Assembly: GCA_051294375.1 (NCBI GenBank)
Contig: CM119267.1
Span: forward strand, 3,584,192-3,648,191
DNA from: Paraspadella gotoi
Taxonomy: Eukaryota; Animalia; Chaetognatha
Length of the DNA stretch: 64,000 bases
Direction of reading: 5' to 3'
Positions 52,396 through 64,000 of this stretch are shown in pieces (position 1 is the stretch's first letter; the number at the start of each line of letters is the position of its first letter). A program made the position numbers and the translations under genes. The notes beneath the pieces are model-generated. The model had not been told where the DNA came from and did not search any database. It saw only the letters and a program-made list of their open reading frames with translations.

Positions 52396-55300
52396 ATGGA
52401 TTCTTCCGTCGACACTTATCTTATTCCTGATTCGAACAATACTCAAATACATAATCTAGTCGAAGATGTCAACAAACTTTCGATGGGCGAAGAAGGGCCG
52501 TCCGTCCAAGGGACTCCGAACGACGGACGCACGGACGAGCGACCGCTTTCCGCTCGGACGCGATCGCGGCGAAAGAAGCAGTTTGCCAAGAGCAGCTGCG
52601 GCGGCGGCAATGAAACCCCTTTCCGCCCCGCAGAGGTCGCGACTCCAAAAAGACCCAATTCCGCCAGGACGAGATCCCACCGACAATTATTACAGAGTGA
52701 GTTAAACCAAAAAATTTATTTAATTTCGGAAAAATAAGTACTTTCCGAACATTACGTACATACAATTCAGATTCTTTTCTTTGTGTAATCCTTTCGTTTC
52801 GTTGCTTTAGGAATTTGCAGGAATAAGTTTGATTTGTTTGTGACAACGATTTGTTTTATTTCATTTTAGAAACGGACATGTTTCGGCTTTGAATTCAAGC
52901 CTTCATCAGCGTTGACAGATTTGTAAATTATATTTCAAATTTGTGCATAAAGAAGACTTATTTATTAATAGCTAATTGTTAAAGTTAATTCAGTTTATAA
53001 ATTTATTATTTGTTGTACATTGTACAATTATTTTCAACTTCACCCTGTGACTCTCTCTCTCTCTCTCTCTCCTCTTCTCTCTTTTCAATATCATCATTTC
53101 AATTTCCCTTCACAAACTAATTCTATTCTGTTCATAACTTAAATTTGTCCTCAACATTGACCACTGTTCTTTCGCAAATCTGTGTTGGGAAACTTTGCCC
53201 TTTGTCTCTCTCTTTTTAATTCTATTTTGTTCACAACTTAAATCTGTCCTCAACATTGACCACTGTTCTTTCTCAAATCTGTGTTGGAATACTTTGCCCT
53301 TTATCTCTCTCTCTCTCTCTGTCTTCTTTATGCACAAGTTTGAAATATAATTTACAAATCTGTCAACGCTAATGAAGGCTTGTATTCAAAGCCGAAACAT
53401 ATCCGTATCTAAACTGAAATAAAACATAGTTGTCACAAACAAATCAAACTTATTCCTGCGGATTCTTTTCTAAAATGATTCCCGAATCACATAACTAATT
53501 TTTTTTTATTCTGACATCAGACGGTGATTTGACCGACGGTCGCCCCAAGTCTGCCGGCGTCGCCTCGCGAAACCGACGACGAAAAGACGTTAAGGATCAA
53601 CTAAACTCCTTCGATGGCGCCTCTCCTCGATGGCCGGACACTAATCCCGAAACTGGTAACCAAAAACAATGCAAAAAAACCTTCAATGTGGCCGCCGGGG
53701 GTCGCCAAAACTTTAGACAGAGATGGGGCAAACCTTTCAAGGGGCGTCGACGAAGCTCAAGCAAAACCGAGGATGAAACTCACTCAAAACCCAAAACGCC
53801 TTCCACCGCCGACGACGATTTAAACGCGACGCCACAACAACAACAACAATCGGCTCGATCGAAAAGCGGGAGACGCCGCCGCCGACGCTCGACCAAATCC
53901 GATTCCGAGGCCTACGTCGTTGGATCCTTGGAGGAAAACTTGCAGCCTTTGATGGAGTCTTTCGTCAAAGGATTGCCCACCGGTCTCGTCTTCGATTCGC
54001 AAATGAATCAACATCGGTCACATCATCGCGCCTTTCACGTGGAGCGACCCGAGAGAATAATCGCCATCTACGACAAAATGTGCGAATCGGGGCTCGCGAG
54101 TCGCTGCGAATCAATCGCCGCCCGTCCCGTTCACGATGAGGAGATTCTTTCCTTTCACGACGAGACTCTTCTGGAAAAATTGAAGTCGGCCGAAAATCGT
54201 TGCGAAGGCGATGAAGAGTCTCGCTCCGTTTTTGACGCCCTCACAGCCTCACACGAGGACGTTTACTTTAACGCGTCGACGGCGGAAGCGGCGCGCCTTT
54301 CCGCCGGGGCCTGCGTCGATGTCGTCGAGCGGGTCGTCGACGGTAGTCTCAAGAACGGGTTCGCCGTGGTACGCCCGCCGGGGCACCACGCCATGCGTTC
54401 CGATTTTTGCGGATTTTGCTACTTGAATAACGCCGTTCTCGCCGCCAAGCACGCCGTGGACAATCTGGGTTGCGGCAAGGTGCTCATCGTGGACTGGGAC
54501 GTGCACCACGGACAAGGTACTCAGTACGCCTTTTACGACGATCCGCGTGTTCTCTACTTTTCCGTCCATCGCTACGCATTCGGCAGCTTTTGGCCTCACC
54601 TTCGGGAGTCCGATTACGACGCCATCGGCGAGGGCGAAGGCTTGGGCTTTAACGTCAACGTGCCTCTCAATAAAAAAGGATGCACCGACGCCGATTACTT
54701 GCACATCTTCTTTCAAATTCTTCTTCCCATCGCCTACGAGTTTTGTCCTGAACTCGTCATTGTCTCCGCCGGATTCGACGCTGCCCTGGGCGACCCCTTG
54801 GGCGAGATGCGCGTTACCCCTTCTGGTTTTGCTCAAATGATTCGACTCGTCAAACTTTTCGCCGAAGGTAAAGTCGTCGTCCTCTTGGAAGGCGGCTACA
54901 ACTTGACGGCGCTCTCGGAATCCGCCGCCGCCACTCTGAGCGAACTGCTGGACGATTCGCCTCCACGACCGCAGATCGGAGGCATGAGGCCAGATCCCCT
55001 CGTATGCGACGCCGTTCACAATCTCAAGTCTGTCCTGCGTCCGTATTGGCAATGCTTTTCCAAAGTCAACCTCTTTCACAGTCATCGGCGTCCCTCTTCG
55101 GAGAGCGCTTCTCCCCCTCCACCGCCGCTATCGCGATCTCAAAAACACGACCTCGTCCAGTTTAAATCTTACGAGAATCCTCCGCGCTGCTATTCGCCAG
55201 ATTATTACGATCCTCAGCCCGAAGAGGAAGCGGCGTCTATCGAAGCCGCGATCGCCGCCTCCGTCGCCCTTCATCCGCGACGCCGCGTCGCCGGGACCGC

Positions 55301-56822
55301 TCTTGTCTACGACTCTGCTATGAAGCGGCATCGTAACGCCGTCGATCCGGGCCATCCAGAAAAGCCGGAGAGGATAGGCGTTATCTACTCTGAGCTAGCC
55401 CGATGGAAACTGTTGGCGCGATGCCATCTCGTGGACTCGCGGTTAGCGACCGAGGCTGAGCTCAAACTTTGTCACGAGGAGAAGCACGTGTCGGCCATGC
55501 GTTCGACGAAGACGTCCGGCGGGCGAGAGTTGTTTAAGATGCAGACGGACTTCAACTCCGTTTATTTAAATCAGTCTTCCTTCGATTGCGCCCGTCTCAG
55601 CTGCGGCTGCCTACTCAACGTTGTCGACGACGTCATGGCAGGGCGGCGACGCAATGGCGCTGCGATTGTGCGTCCGCCTGGACATCACGCCGAGCGCCAC
55701 GTAGCCTGCGGATTCTGCCTTTTCAACAATGTGGCGGTCGCGGCGCGATATGCGCAGGCGCGGTTCGCCGGCGTCTGTCGCCGCGTGCTAATTGTTGACT
55801 GGGATGTTCATCACGGAAACGGGACGCAGCACATCTTCCAAGACGACCCGAGCGTCCTCTACATCTCCATTCATCGACACGACGACGGCGGGTTTTTTCC
55901 CTGTGGTGACGACGGTGACTTCGACCGAGTCGGCTCTCGACTCGGCGCCGGGTTCAACGTCAACGTCCCTTGGAACACCAACGGGCGACGAAGTGTCGGT
56001 GACGCGACTTATCTCTCCGCCTTTCTCGACGTCGTGATGCCGGTGGCGACGCAGTTCGATCCCGACCTCGTTCTTGTCTCTGCAGGCTTCGACGCCGCTA
56101 TGGGTGACCCCCTGGGCAAGTTCCAGGTGACCCCTATGGCCTACGCCCACATGACTCACATGCTTTGCGGTTTGGCCGAGGGTCGCGTCGTGCTGGCGCT
56201 TGAAGGGGGTTACAACTTGAAGAGCATCTCTGAATGCATGACGGCCTGCGTGCTGACTCTGCTGGGTTGCCCTCCACCGCGTCTTGCACCGCACAAGCGA
56301 GCGATGCACGGGCGTGACAGGCAATCTATCGAAAACGTCGTCAGCGCCCTCGAACCCTTTTGGCCGATTTTGAACTCGAGGATCTTGGCAGAGGAAAGCG
56401 AAGCTGGCATCTCCTCTCCTGTGGATCTTAATCAAAACAAGAAGAAGGAAGTGGACGAAGAGTTGAACGATGTTTTTGAATCTTTAACCCTGCAAAGCAC
56501 TCCAATACCTTTCGTCACGAAGCGGGAAAGCCTCGATCCCGATTTGAAAATCAAAATGGCGGAATTCGATTTGAAGTTGGCCGAAGTTCCCGCCGTCGTA
56601 TCGCCCGAAGTTCAACAAGAAGCCAAGCACCTCATCCGGGTTCTCCTTCTCGGACAGGAAGGCGCCAAGCAGTACGAAGAATCTATCGTCGAAGAAGACG
56701 TCGCCGTAGTGGAAGAGAAAGCGCCGCTGCCGCCGCTCGTCTTTAATTTGGAGACTCCCAAAGTTGACGTGGGATCACCCGGGTTAAAGTCGGACGAAAT
56801 AACTGTGGTGGAATGTGATTAA
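52396..56822 (+). CDS. HDAC6: Histone deacetylase 6-like with tandem catalytic domains and no ZnF-UBP, 2 exons
   Basis: Exon 1 52396-52696, intron 52697-53520. Two domains, each with RPPGHHA, DWDVHHG, SAGFDAA.GDPLG and LEGGY. Confidence 0.9.
52871..52913 (-). ncRNA. Minimal type I hammerhead ribozyme (intact core)
   Basis: Minus strand reads AACG CUGAUGA A GGCU-ugaauucaa-AGCC GAA ACAUGU C CGUU: stem I, conserved core, stem II, palindromic stem III, GUC cleavage triplet. Confidence 0.82.
53365..53407 (+). ncRNA. Degenerate hammerhead copy, probably inactive
   Basis: aacg CTAATGA aggcttgtattcaaagcc GAAA catatc cgta: core G-to-A change, broken stem III palindrome and a stem I mismatch. Confidence 0.65.
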
Positions 56823-56949
56823 TTCCGATTGTTTCCAGATTTAATTTGGACGATTATTTTTTATTTTACCATAGAACTATTTTGATTTTTTATGATTACT
56901 AGTTTATTAACGTCTAGGTTAATACTTTATTAGGTTTAAAATAAAACAA

Positions 56950-59900
56950 ATGTCGGAAAATCGACCCTGCGAAACATGCGGCGAAACGGATTATTACGAA
57001 CAGGGCGGATTTTATTATTGCCAGGAGTGCAACACCCAGGTGAGAATATTAAACGAGACACGACAGTTCGGGAAAATCCAAGTAATTCAATTCGCTATAT
57101 AATTTTGAAACAATTTAAATATTGAGGAATAATTCATTTAAGAAAAAAATTTATACTAGTCTCAAGGTATGCGCCGCATCGAAAACGCCAATGAACATTT
57201 TGATATGAGCGGCAATCGTACGTGCATCTACACCAAAGTCGACAAACACATCAGAGAATTGGAGAAGGAAGAGCTCGACTTCGGAATTCCATGGACGACT
57301 CACGACGCTTTCGGAATTCTTCTAAAGGTACGTTGTTTTTTTGTTTGTTTTTTTTTATGGAAAATCTCGGTCATATGTTAATAATGTTTTTGAGGCTTTT
57401 AGTTAAGTTAGTCGTCCGTTCAAATTTTCTGGCAGGATTGGTTTAGATTTTTACGATAGCCTTTTTCGCCTCGTGTCAAAAACTATTCTTAGGTAATCTC
57501 CAAAGATTGGCATGTTAATGTTTGGCTAGTGTTTTTTATAGGAGGGTGTTCTTTTTTTATAATCATAGAAAACAAATAATATTGTGAAGAAAGCATGACT
57601 CGCCTACGTGTCGTCCAACGAGATTTGGACGCAACTCGCCATGCTAATCTCAACTACAATCGCGAAGCCGAGGCCATGCAAAAAGAGCACGAAGAATATC
57701 TCAAGTATCCCCTCGACGTCGATGCTTGCATAAAAAAGCTGACGGCTCATTCCAAAGGTGGGCGCGGGCAGATTCGTCCGGCAGTTTCGTTCGTTCGTCT
57801 TTGAAAAGCTTACGGGATAATCCGCCTTCCCTCCCAGAGATAAAACCAGTAATGGTGGATCTCCAAGAGGTGGAGCTCCGCTCCATCATCGCGCGTACGG
57901 AACATATCCTCGGACAACAGCCCATGTTGCTGGACCTGGATTCTCCCGTCAAGATCGTGGCCGACACCCACGGCCAGTTCGTGGATCTTATGCGAATCTT
58001 CGAGAGTTGTGGGTGGCCGCCCAAGGCCAATTATTTGTTTTTGGGGGACATGGTCGACAGGTGGGCGATAATTCATAGAAGGATGCAGCTCGTGGAGTCT
58101 ATTGGCGATTCGTCGTTCCAGAGGTCCTCAGCAAATCGAGACGGTGGCTCTTCTTTTTTGCTACAAAATCAAACATCCGGGAAATATATTTTTACTGCGG
58201 GGAAACCACGAGTCCGGTTCTCTCCATCGTCGTTACGGTTTCCAAGGAGAATGTAAAAATCGTTACAGGTTTTAAAATCCTTGGCGTGCGTGACCAATTT
58301 GACAAATAACAAATCTACGATTCTACTCCATGGTTTACAACGTCCTTCTTAGTCTCAAATTATGGCGGGCTTTCGTGGAGTGTTTCAATTGGTTGCCAGT
58401 CGCCGCCGTCGTCGATGAAAAGATCTTCTGTTGCCACGGAGGGCTTTCTCCGGATCTCCTCAAGGGCGAGGGGCTGGACAAGATTCGCCAGTTGCCGCGA
58501 CCCACCGAGGTTCCGGACGATGGCATCATTTGTGACCTCTTATGGGCGGATCCCGATCCGGACGTCAAGATGTTTCAGGTCAGAAGAAATGAGAAATGGA
58601 AGAAATGTCGATTGATGACTCGACGATGCTCTCCTCGGCACGGAAATTAGGAGAGCGATCGTGGCGTCTCTTATCTCTTTGGCGCGGCGGTGGTGGAAAA
58701 GTTTTTGGACAAGTACGACATGGATTTGATCTGTCGCGGTCATCAGGTCGCCGACTGAGCTGGCTTTTTCAGATTCGCGCGCGCCTCCCTATTTTTTTGG
58801 GGGTTCAATCGCCCGGCTATTTTCAGGTCGAAACGGACGGTTACTCTTTTTTCGCGGATCGTCAACTCGTTACCCTTTTTTCCGCGCCTAATTATTGCGG
58901 AGAGTTCGACAACGTTGGCGGCATCATGACCGTCGAGGAGGATCTCACCTGTTCCTTTCAGGTCTCGAATAATTGCGCTTTCTTATTATGTAGAGATGGA
59001 ACGGTTAAAAGGGTTCGTCCGTTCCCCACAGGTGGTCCAGCCTGCGGACCAGAAAAAGAAGCCGGCCGGAAAAGACAAGGGGGGAAAGAAGGAAAAGAAC
59101 AAGGTGGCAATTGGTTCAAGCGCTTACATCGTCTCTCGGTCGATGTCGTATATTTTATTTCATTCAGAACGCGACTCGGAATTTCAATTACGCCAAAGCT
59201 TGCAACGACACCAACTGCTCCATGTGCTTCGGCGCTCGAACTGCTTCCAAAGGCCCGCGTTGCCCCATTTCCTGATTCGCTGATTATAAAATCTTTTGTT
59301 TTTTTTTTTTTTTTTTTCAAAATAAAAAAATACTTGCGATCAAAGTTTAGTTTTTTATTTTTAAGCACAAGTCACAATTTTAGACGAGCAAAAAATGGCC
59401 AGCTTATCGTCAACTAATAAATACTAATTTAATAAATCGACTACTTAGTATTACTTAGTTAAAAATTCATATTGGTTGTGTCGGGAAGAAACTTTCGTGG
59501 ATTCTTTCATCGGCTTTTATTCATCGGATTCGTTTATGATCGAACATTTATCCATCTATGGATCAATTTGATAAACTTTGTTAATGAATTTTTATTTATA
59601 TGCATTTCTTAGGCTCAAGCGGAAGCACTCGTAAAATTGGGCGCTCCTGCTGCACTCCCGATCTTGGTCGAAAAATTGTGGACGCGATATCAAAGCCGAA
59701 AGTCAGGAACTCCCTTGCCTCGAGATCGTGACACCGCCAAAGATTTGTCAAAAGGTAACTTGAAATAGGAAAATAGGAAAAGAAATAGCTACGCGGTTAA
59801 GCGAGAAAGCAGCCTTTTTCCGTTTACAGGGCTGCCTCCCTTGGCCTCCTGGCGAGCATTTCGTAAACGGAAGGGGAGATGGCCCAAGAAGATTGAACCC

Positions 59901-62270
59901 TCCTTTTTGACGCCTGAGGAAAGGAAGGATTGGAAGACGCAGCAAGGGATCGAGGAGGAAGAAGAGGAAGAGGAGACGCCATCGCCAGATGTGGAGCGAG
60001 ACACCAATGAATTTTATGGAATTGGTGCGTTAATCAATGTCAAAAATTTATTTTCTTCTAAATTCAGTAGTACAGAAATGGTGAAAAAAAAGTGAATAAT
60101 TAGGCTTTTCTCTATTTAAAATATTAACTTTAAAACATTTACATTTTTAAAATTTAAAATCAGCAACCCGTACTTCATACCACCAAATCAAACGCATGAA
60201 AATGGGATACAGTCTATGCTTTATTTACATTTCTCTTCTTCATTTGGAATCGCACGTGTCTCTGGGTAAATAAATAAGTTCTTTCCTGAGGATTTTTCTC
60301 AAATTGATATTTTCCGTTGTTATTTTTGAGCCGACGTGCTTCGCTGGGGCCGCGAATGCGCTCTCCCCTACCTCAATCCGCTGCATTTCTTTCCTGACAA
60401 TCTCAAGTTCTCCGGTTACGACCTCAAAACCTTCGCCAACGTCAAGTGTCTTCCTACCCCGACTCAAGTCAGACAAGACGCCGGACGATTGACCCTCTTT
60501 TTGCAGGTTCCGTCTCATTCAATTGCTTTCTCCTTTTCTCCTTCTAAAACCTCTTTCCGCTGATTTTCTTGGCAGTTGAACCCTTTTCCCGCGGTGGACA
60601 TTCGCCGTTTGGTGGCGCGATACTTGATCGACTTGAATCTCCCCGACGACCTCATGAAGATCTCATCCGGCATCATCTCAGCCCTGGACGTGCGAAGCCC
60701 CGTCCATGCCCCTCGACCCGGAACCGCGCAGGTTGGGGCGGAAATTCCTTCGCTCTTTCCCCCTTTTTATTTTTTCGTCTCCTATAACGGAATTTTCCTT
60801 TATCGATCTCTTCAGTCTATTCCCAACTACGAAGCGATGGGCGTGGCCGTATTGCTCATGACGCTCAAGCTCGTGTTTCGTTTGGATGGCGTGACGGAGT
60901 TTGTTTTGTCTCACCTCGTCGCGGAGTTGGAGAAGATCGAAGAATTTCGCAAGAGTCGGAACATCAAGAGAGATTCCTCCGATTTGTGGTCAGCGGTGCT
61001 GGGTTTTAAATTTAAAACAAAAAAATTGAATAACAATTAAGTTAACAATATTTAACATTTTGTTAGGTATATTCCTCCTTCGACATCCGCGCCACCGGAA
61101 ATGTTTTCCTTCTCCGAGTGGTTCCAATTTGCCTGTGAGTACCACCCTTGTAATTTTTTTAGTCTTTTTTGGGGGTTTTTTAGTCTACGTTGTACGTCTT
61201 TTTTTTTCTAACAGCGGAGTGTTTGGTTCGCCTCAAATCGCGAAAGTTTCCTACACCCGAAGATCTTGAATGTGGCGAAGAGGTCGGATCCGACGTGGCT
61301 CATCTTGCCCTTCATTATTCTCACAATTTGGTGAACAAGAAAGGGTCCGTTCGTCGAGCCGATCTCCCTTCTCGTCTTCGAATCGACGCCCTCCAATCCG
61401 CCATCGCCGACCTTCTTCTCGACGGCGCCGACGTCTCCGATTCCACCGCCCGCAGCAGCGTCACTTCGTTTCCGGTTCTCGGTGCCCTCGAGTCGCCGGA
61501 AAACGACGCCGCCGCCGAAGCCGAATGGCGAGCGAGTGCGGGGGCGGCGTCGAATTCAGAAGCGTCGGGGAAAAAGCTCTTCCGACGTGATTTGGGATTT
61601 TTAATTCGGCCGCCATTGCAGCAAAAGTTGCTCAAAGACGACGTCGTCTTGCGGACGCTCAACCTGCCGCATTATGAGATCGACGAGGAGACTGGAAAAG
61701 CGGTAGGTGGGCAGATTTGGCGGGAAACGACTGGAGTTGATTGATCATCCTTTCTATTTCGATTTAGCGCTGTGACTGGTCGGCCTGTGGAATTCGCGAA
61801 CCCGGCAAGAAACTCTTTTCCAACAGAAAAACTGTCAAAAATCTTTTATCTCACCAAACCAAGTATTGTTTTCTCATCGAATGGGGAGCGGAAAACCTGG
61901 GAAAAAGGTCTAGCACATTAATAATAATAATAATAATAATATTGTAGTAAATTTCTGATTTTATTAGTAAATGAGAAAAAAAATTTTTATTTGTTTTTCA
62001 TACAACGAATTTGTATTTTTATTATTGGTAATAAAAAATGACAAAAAGTAATATTTTTTTTTCGCTAGCCGTACTCGAGCGGAGGAAATAAAGGAATTAA
62101 CGTTCAACCAATCGCAAACAGTGAAAGTGTTGATCGATCTCTGCGCCGAAATGTTGGAGGAAGATCCAAAGACGTTGACTTACGACGTCGGAAAACTGGA
62201 ACGGAGATACCCGATGGACGCGGTCGCCTCGAGGGCGACGTCTCGAGAAGCTGTCCGATCTCCCTATTGA
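56950..62270 (+). CDS. TAF1B: RNA polymerase I TBP-associated factor B (TAF1B/Rrn7), about 12 exons, with a 2.3-kb intron 2 (57328-59612)
   Basis: Zn ribbon [16 protein letters not shown]; [12 protein letters not shown]|[16 protein letters not shown]; [30 protein letters not shown]; [25 protein letters not shown]. Confidence 0.85.
57595..59275 (+). CDS. Divergent PP1-like Ser/Thr phosphatase nested in TAF1B intron 2, about 8 exons
   Basis: [95 protein letters not shown]. The likely last exon (59168-59275) ends CPIS*. Confidence 0.9.
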
Positions 62271-62333
62271 TTTTTGTTCGTTGTTGATCTGCCTTTTCTA
62301 GAATTTTTAAGAAAATGACTATTTTGGAAAACA

Positions 62334-64000
62334 ATGAGTTTGGTTAGCCTCGGGCAGGTATCTGGCCCTCGTGGGCTGAGACCCAGCCAGGCGTCTCTCC
62401 TCTTCCCATGGCTCGCTCTTGTCAAAGGAAACTCCTTAACGTTATGGTGCCTGAAACCCGAGGAAGACAGCGGAGTCGGCTGGGCTCCACTTGAGATCAC
62501 TCTGCCGGAGATTCAAGGAGGTGACGTTGTCGCTCTATCACTGCACAGGGTCGACGAAGGAGAGTCGATCTACCTTCTCGCAGTCTCCGAGGACTCTCTC
62601 TTTATCTGGAAAAATCCTCAAGTCTTGGAATCGAAAGATGGAATTGAATCCCCGCCACGCCCACCTCATCGCGTCGCCGATGGTCCGTTTCAAAGCGTCG
62701 CGCACGTGAATTTGGGTCCGCGCGGCATCTTTGCCGCCATATGCGCCGAAAATGAGGTGGTCTTGATAAACGTGGCTCGGGGCACGAAGGCGCGCCTTTT
62801 GGGTCACCGCGCGCCCATTGCCCACTCGGCCTTTGCCTCTCGTGATGACCCATCGTCACCACTTCTCGTTTCCGTCGCCATTGACGCAACGGCGAGATTG
62901 TGGGACGTCAATTCTCTCTCCTGCTTGAGAATCTGGGATTCAACTTTTGTCGCAAATTCTACGTTGACCACTTGTGCGATTGTGGCCAAGTCTGGATTCG
63001 CCGCTGGCCTCTTCGTCGGGGACGCGGACGGCCATCTCTTTCGACTTTCCTTTGACGAAGAGAAACGAAAATCTCGGCGATTCGATCTCAAACGAAGTTC
63101 GCAGCGATGGCGTCGACGTTTGAACGAAGGAGATGGCCATGGAGAGAGAAGCGACGCCAGCGTGGAGCCGGGTTTTGCTGTCCTCGCAATCCATTGCATG
63201 CTGTCTGGATCCTCGCGTCCCCTCCTGGTCGGCGTCACTTCCGGGATTCTCTTCTTTGATCCCGAAGTCGACGAGTGTCTCTTCGCCGTCGTCTTTCCCG
63301 CCCAAGTGCCATCGATAATTGGGTCGTCGTCAATTGCGTTGAATATTTCATCCGCGCTTTCAGTCTCCCCGATGAAAAATGACGGAGTAGCGGCGTTGGC
63401 GTCTGTGGCCATGTTTTCGGGCCACGTGACCATTATCCGCGCAGAATGTGACAATGCGTTTTGGAACGAAGCTCTGGAATCAGCACCGGGAGACCCCTGT
63501 GATTCCTCCTCGCCTCGTCATCACGTTTCCGTCGTCGCCACCGAACCCCTGGCCGACGATTCCGTCCTCAAGACTCCATCCCTTACTCCGACCGCGTCGC
63601 CTCTACCGAAGAAGTCGGTCCGCAAGCCATCGTCGGCTTCTAAAGGACCCATCGAAAAACCCGTTATGAATCAAAGTCAAGTCAAGTCCTCCGGATACGC
63701 GGTTCCTCCGCGGAACCCGCTCATGTTTCGACCCAACACCAACTTTAGCGTCAAAAAAGACGTGAAGGCGAAAGCGAAGCCTCAGCCCGCGCTCAAGTCT
63801 CGCGTCACCGACGTTTACCCGTCCAACTCCGCGCGCCCTTCCGGTGTCGATCGTTCCTTTCGTCTTGGCGAGTCTCGCGCCTCCCCGGTTTCCTGTCTCG
63901 CTGTCTCAACCTGTGGAGCTCGCGTCGCCTGCGGCGTCACCGATTACGACGTCACCGTCGTCGGAGAATCGTTGAAGGAAAAGTCGGCGTCGACTCACTC
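62334..64000 (+). CDS. WDR27: WD repeat protein 27, 5' part; the frame runs off the window
   Basis: Not in the ORF track because it has no stop in the window. LLGHRAPIAHSAF..LLVSVAIDATARLWDV (WD40) and KPVMNQSQVKSSGYAVPPRNPLMFRPNTN resemble the WDR27 signature SKVRSSGY...MFSPKTN. Confidence 0.75.
   Translation, partial: MSLVSLGQVSGPRGLRPSQASLLFPWLALVKGNSLTLWCLKPEEDSGVGWAPLEITLPEIQGGDVVALSLHRVDEGESIYLLAVSEDSLFIWKNPQVLESKDGIESPPRPPHRVADGPFQSVAHVNLGPRGIFAAICAENEVVLINVARGTKARLLGHRAPIAHSAFASRDDPSSPLLVSVAIDATARLWDVNSLSCLRIWDSTFVANSTLTTCAIVAKSGFAAGLFVGDADGHLFRLSFDEEKRKSRRFDLKRSSQRWRRRLNEGDGHGERSDASVEPGFAVLAIHCMLSGSSRPLLVGVTSGILFFDPEVDECLFAVVFPAQVPSIIGSSSIALNISSALSVSPMKNDGVAALASVAMFSGHVTIIRAECDNAFWNEALESAPGDPCDSSSPRHHVSVVATEPLADDSVLKTPSLTPTASPLPKKSVRKPSSASKGPIEKPVMNQSQVKSSGYAVPPRNPLMFRPNTNFSVKKDVKAKAKPQPALKSRVTDVYPSNSARPSGVDRSFRLGESRASPVSCLAVSTCGARVACGVTDYDVTVVGESLKEKSASTH

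Larger units (their letters stand above)
52817..53459. mobile_element. Inverted pair of approx. 140-bp arms (52817-52957 and 53321-53459) resembling Penelope-like element terminal repeats, around a spacer with a approx. 99-bp tandem duplication and CT tracts
   Basis: The arms are near-perfect reverse complements and each carries a hammerhead motif. Spacer duplicates start near 53119 and 53218. Confidence 0.8.

Overview
Gene-dense eukaryotic DNA, most likely from a compact invertebrate metazoan genome; the species cannot be determined from the sequence. Exons are CpG/GC-rich and most introns are short, AT-rich and GT-AG. I reconstructed 28 protein-coding genes by hand: TPR/beta-helix/MYND protein, MFSD8-like, RPL27, EXOC8, TIMM10, DCTN6, TRMT11, an AlaRS-derived editing-domain protein, Rheb, SOUL, REV1, C2H2-ZnF, RPL30, ABHD-type hydrolase, UQCR11, GBE1, eEF2, an orphan TM protein, ARF1, ChaC, an orphan with a MADS-like segment, ANKRD10, a TM-RING ligase, WDR81, HDAC6, TAF1B, a PP1-like phosphatase and the 5' part of WDR27. 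All 28 lie on the + strand. Stop-to-start gaps are 63-770 bp, and most start codons have an unpaired poly-U/YAG splice acceptor just upstream, which suggests a very large operon-like array resolved by spliced-leader trans-splicing (inference). Other notable items: the PP1-like gene is nested on the same strand inside TAF1B intron 2; an inverted repeat in the HDAC6 intron carries Penelope-type minimal hammerhead ribozymes; eEF2 hosts a C/D snoRNA; several intronic non-autonomous transposons are present; and MFSD8 has a frame break at a perfect -1 slippery heptamer. Exon boundaries and gene names come from manual reading and recalled motifs, not database searches. The minus-strand ORFs in the track appear to be antisense shadows.
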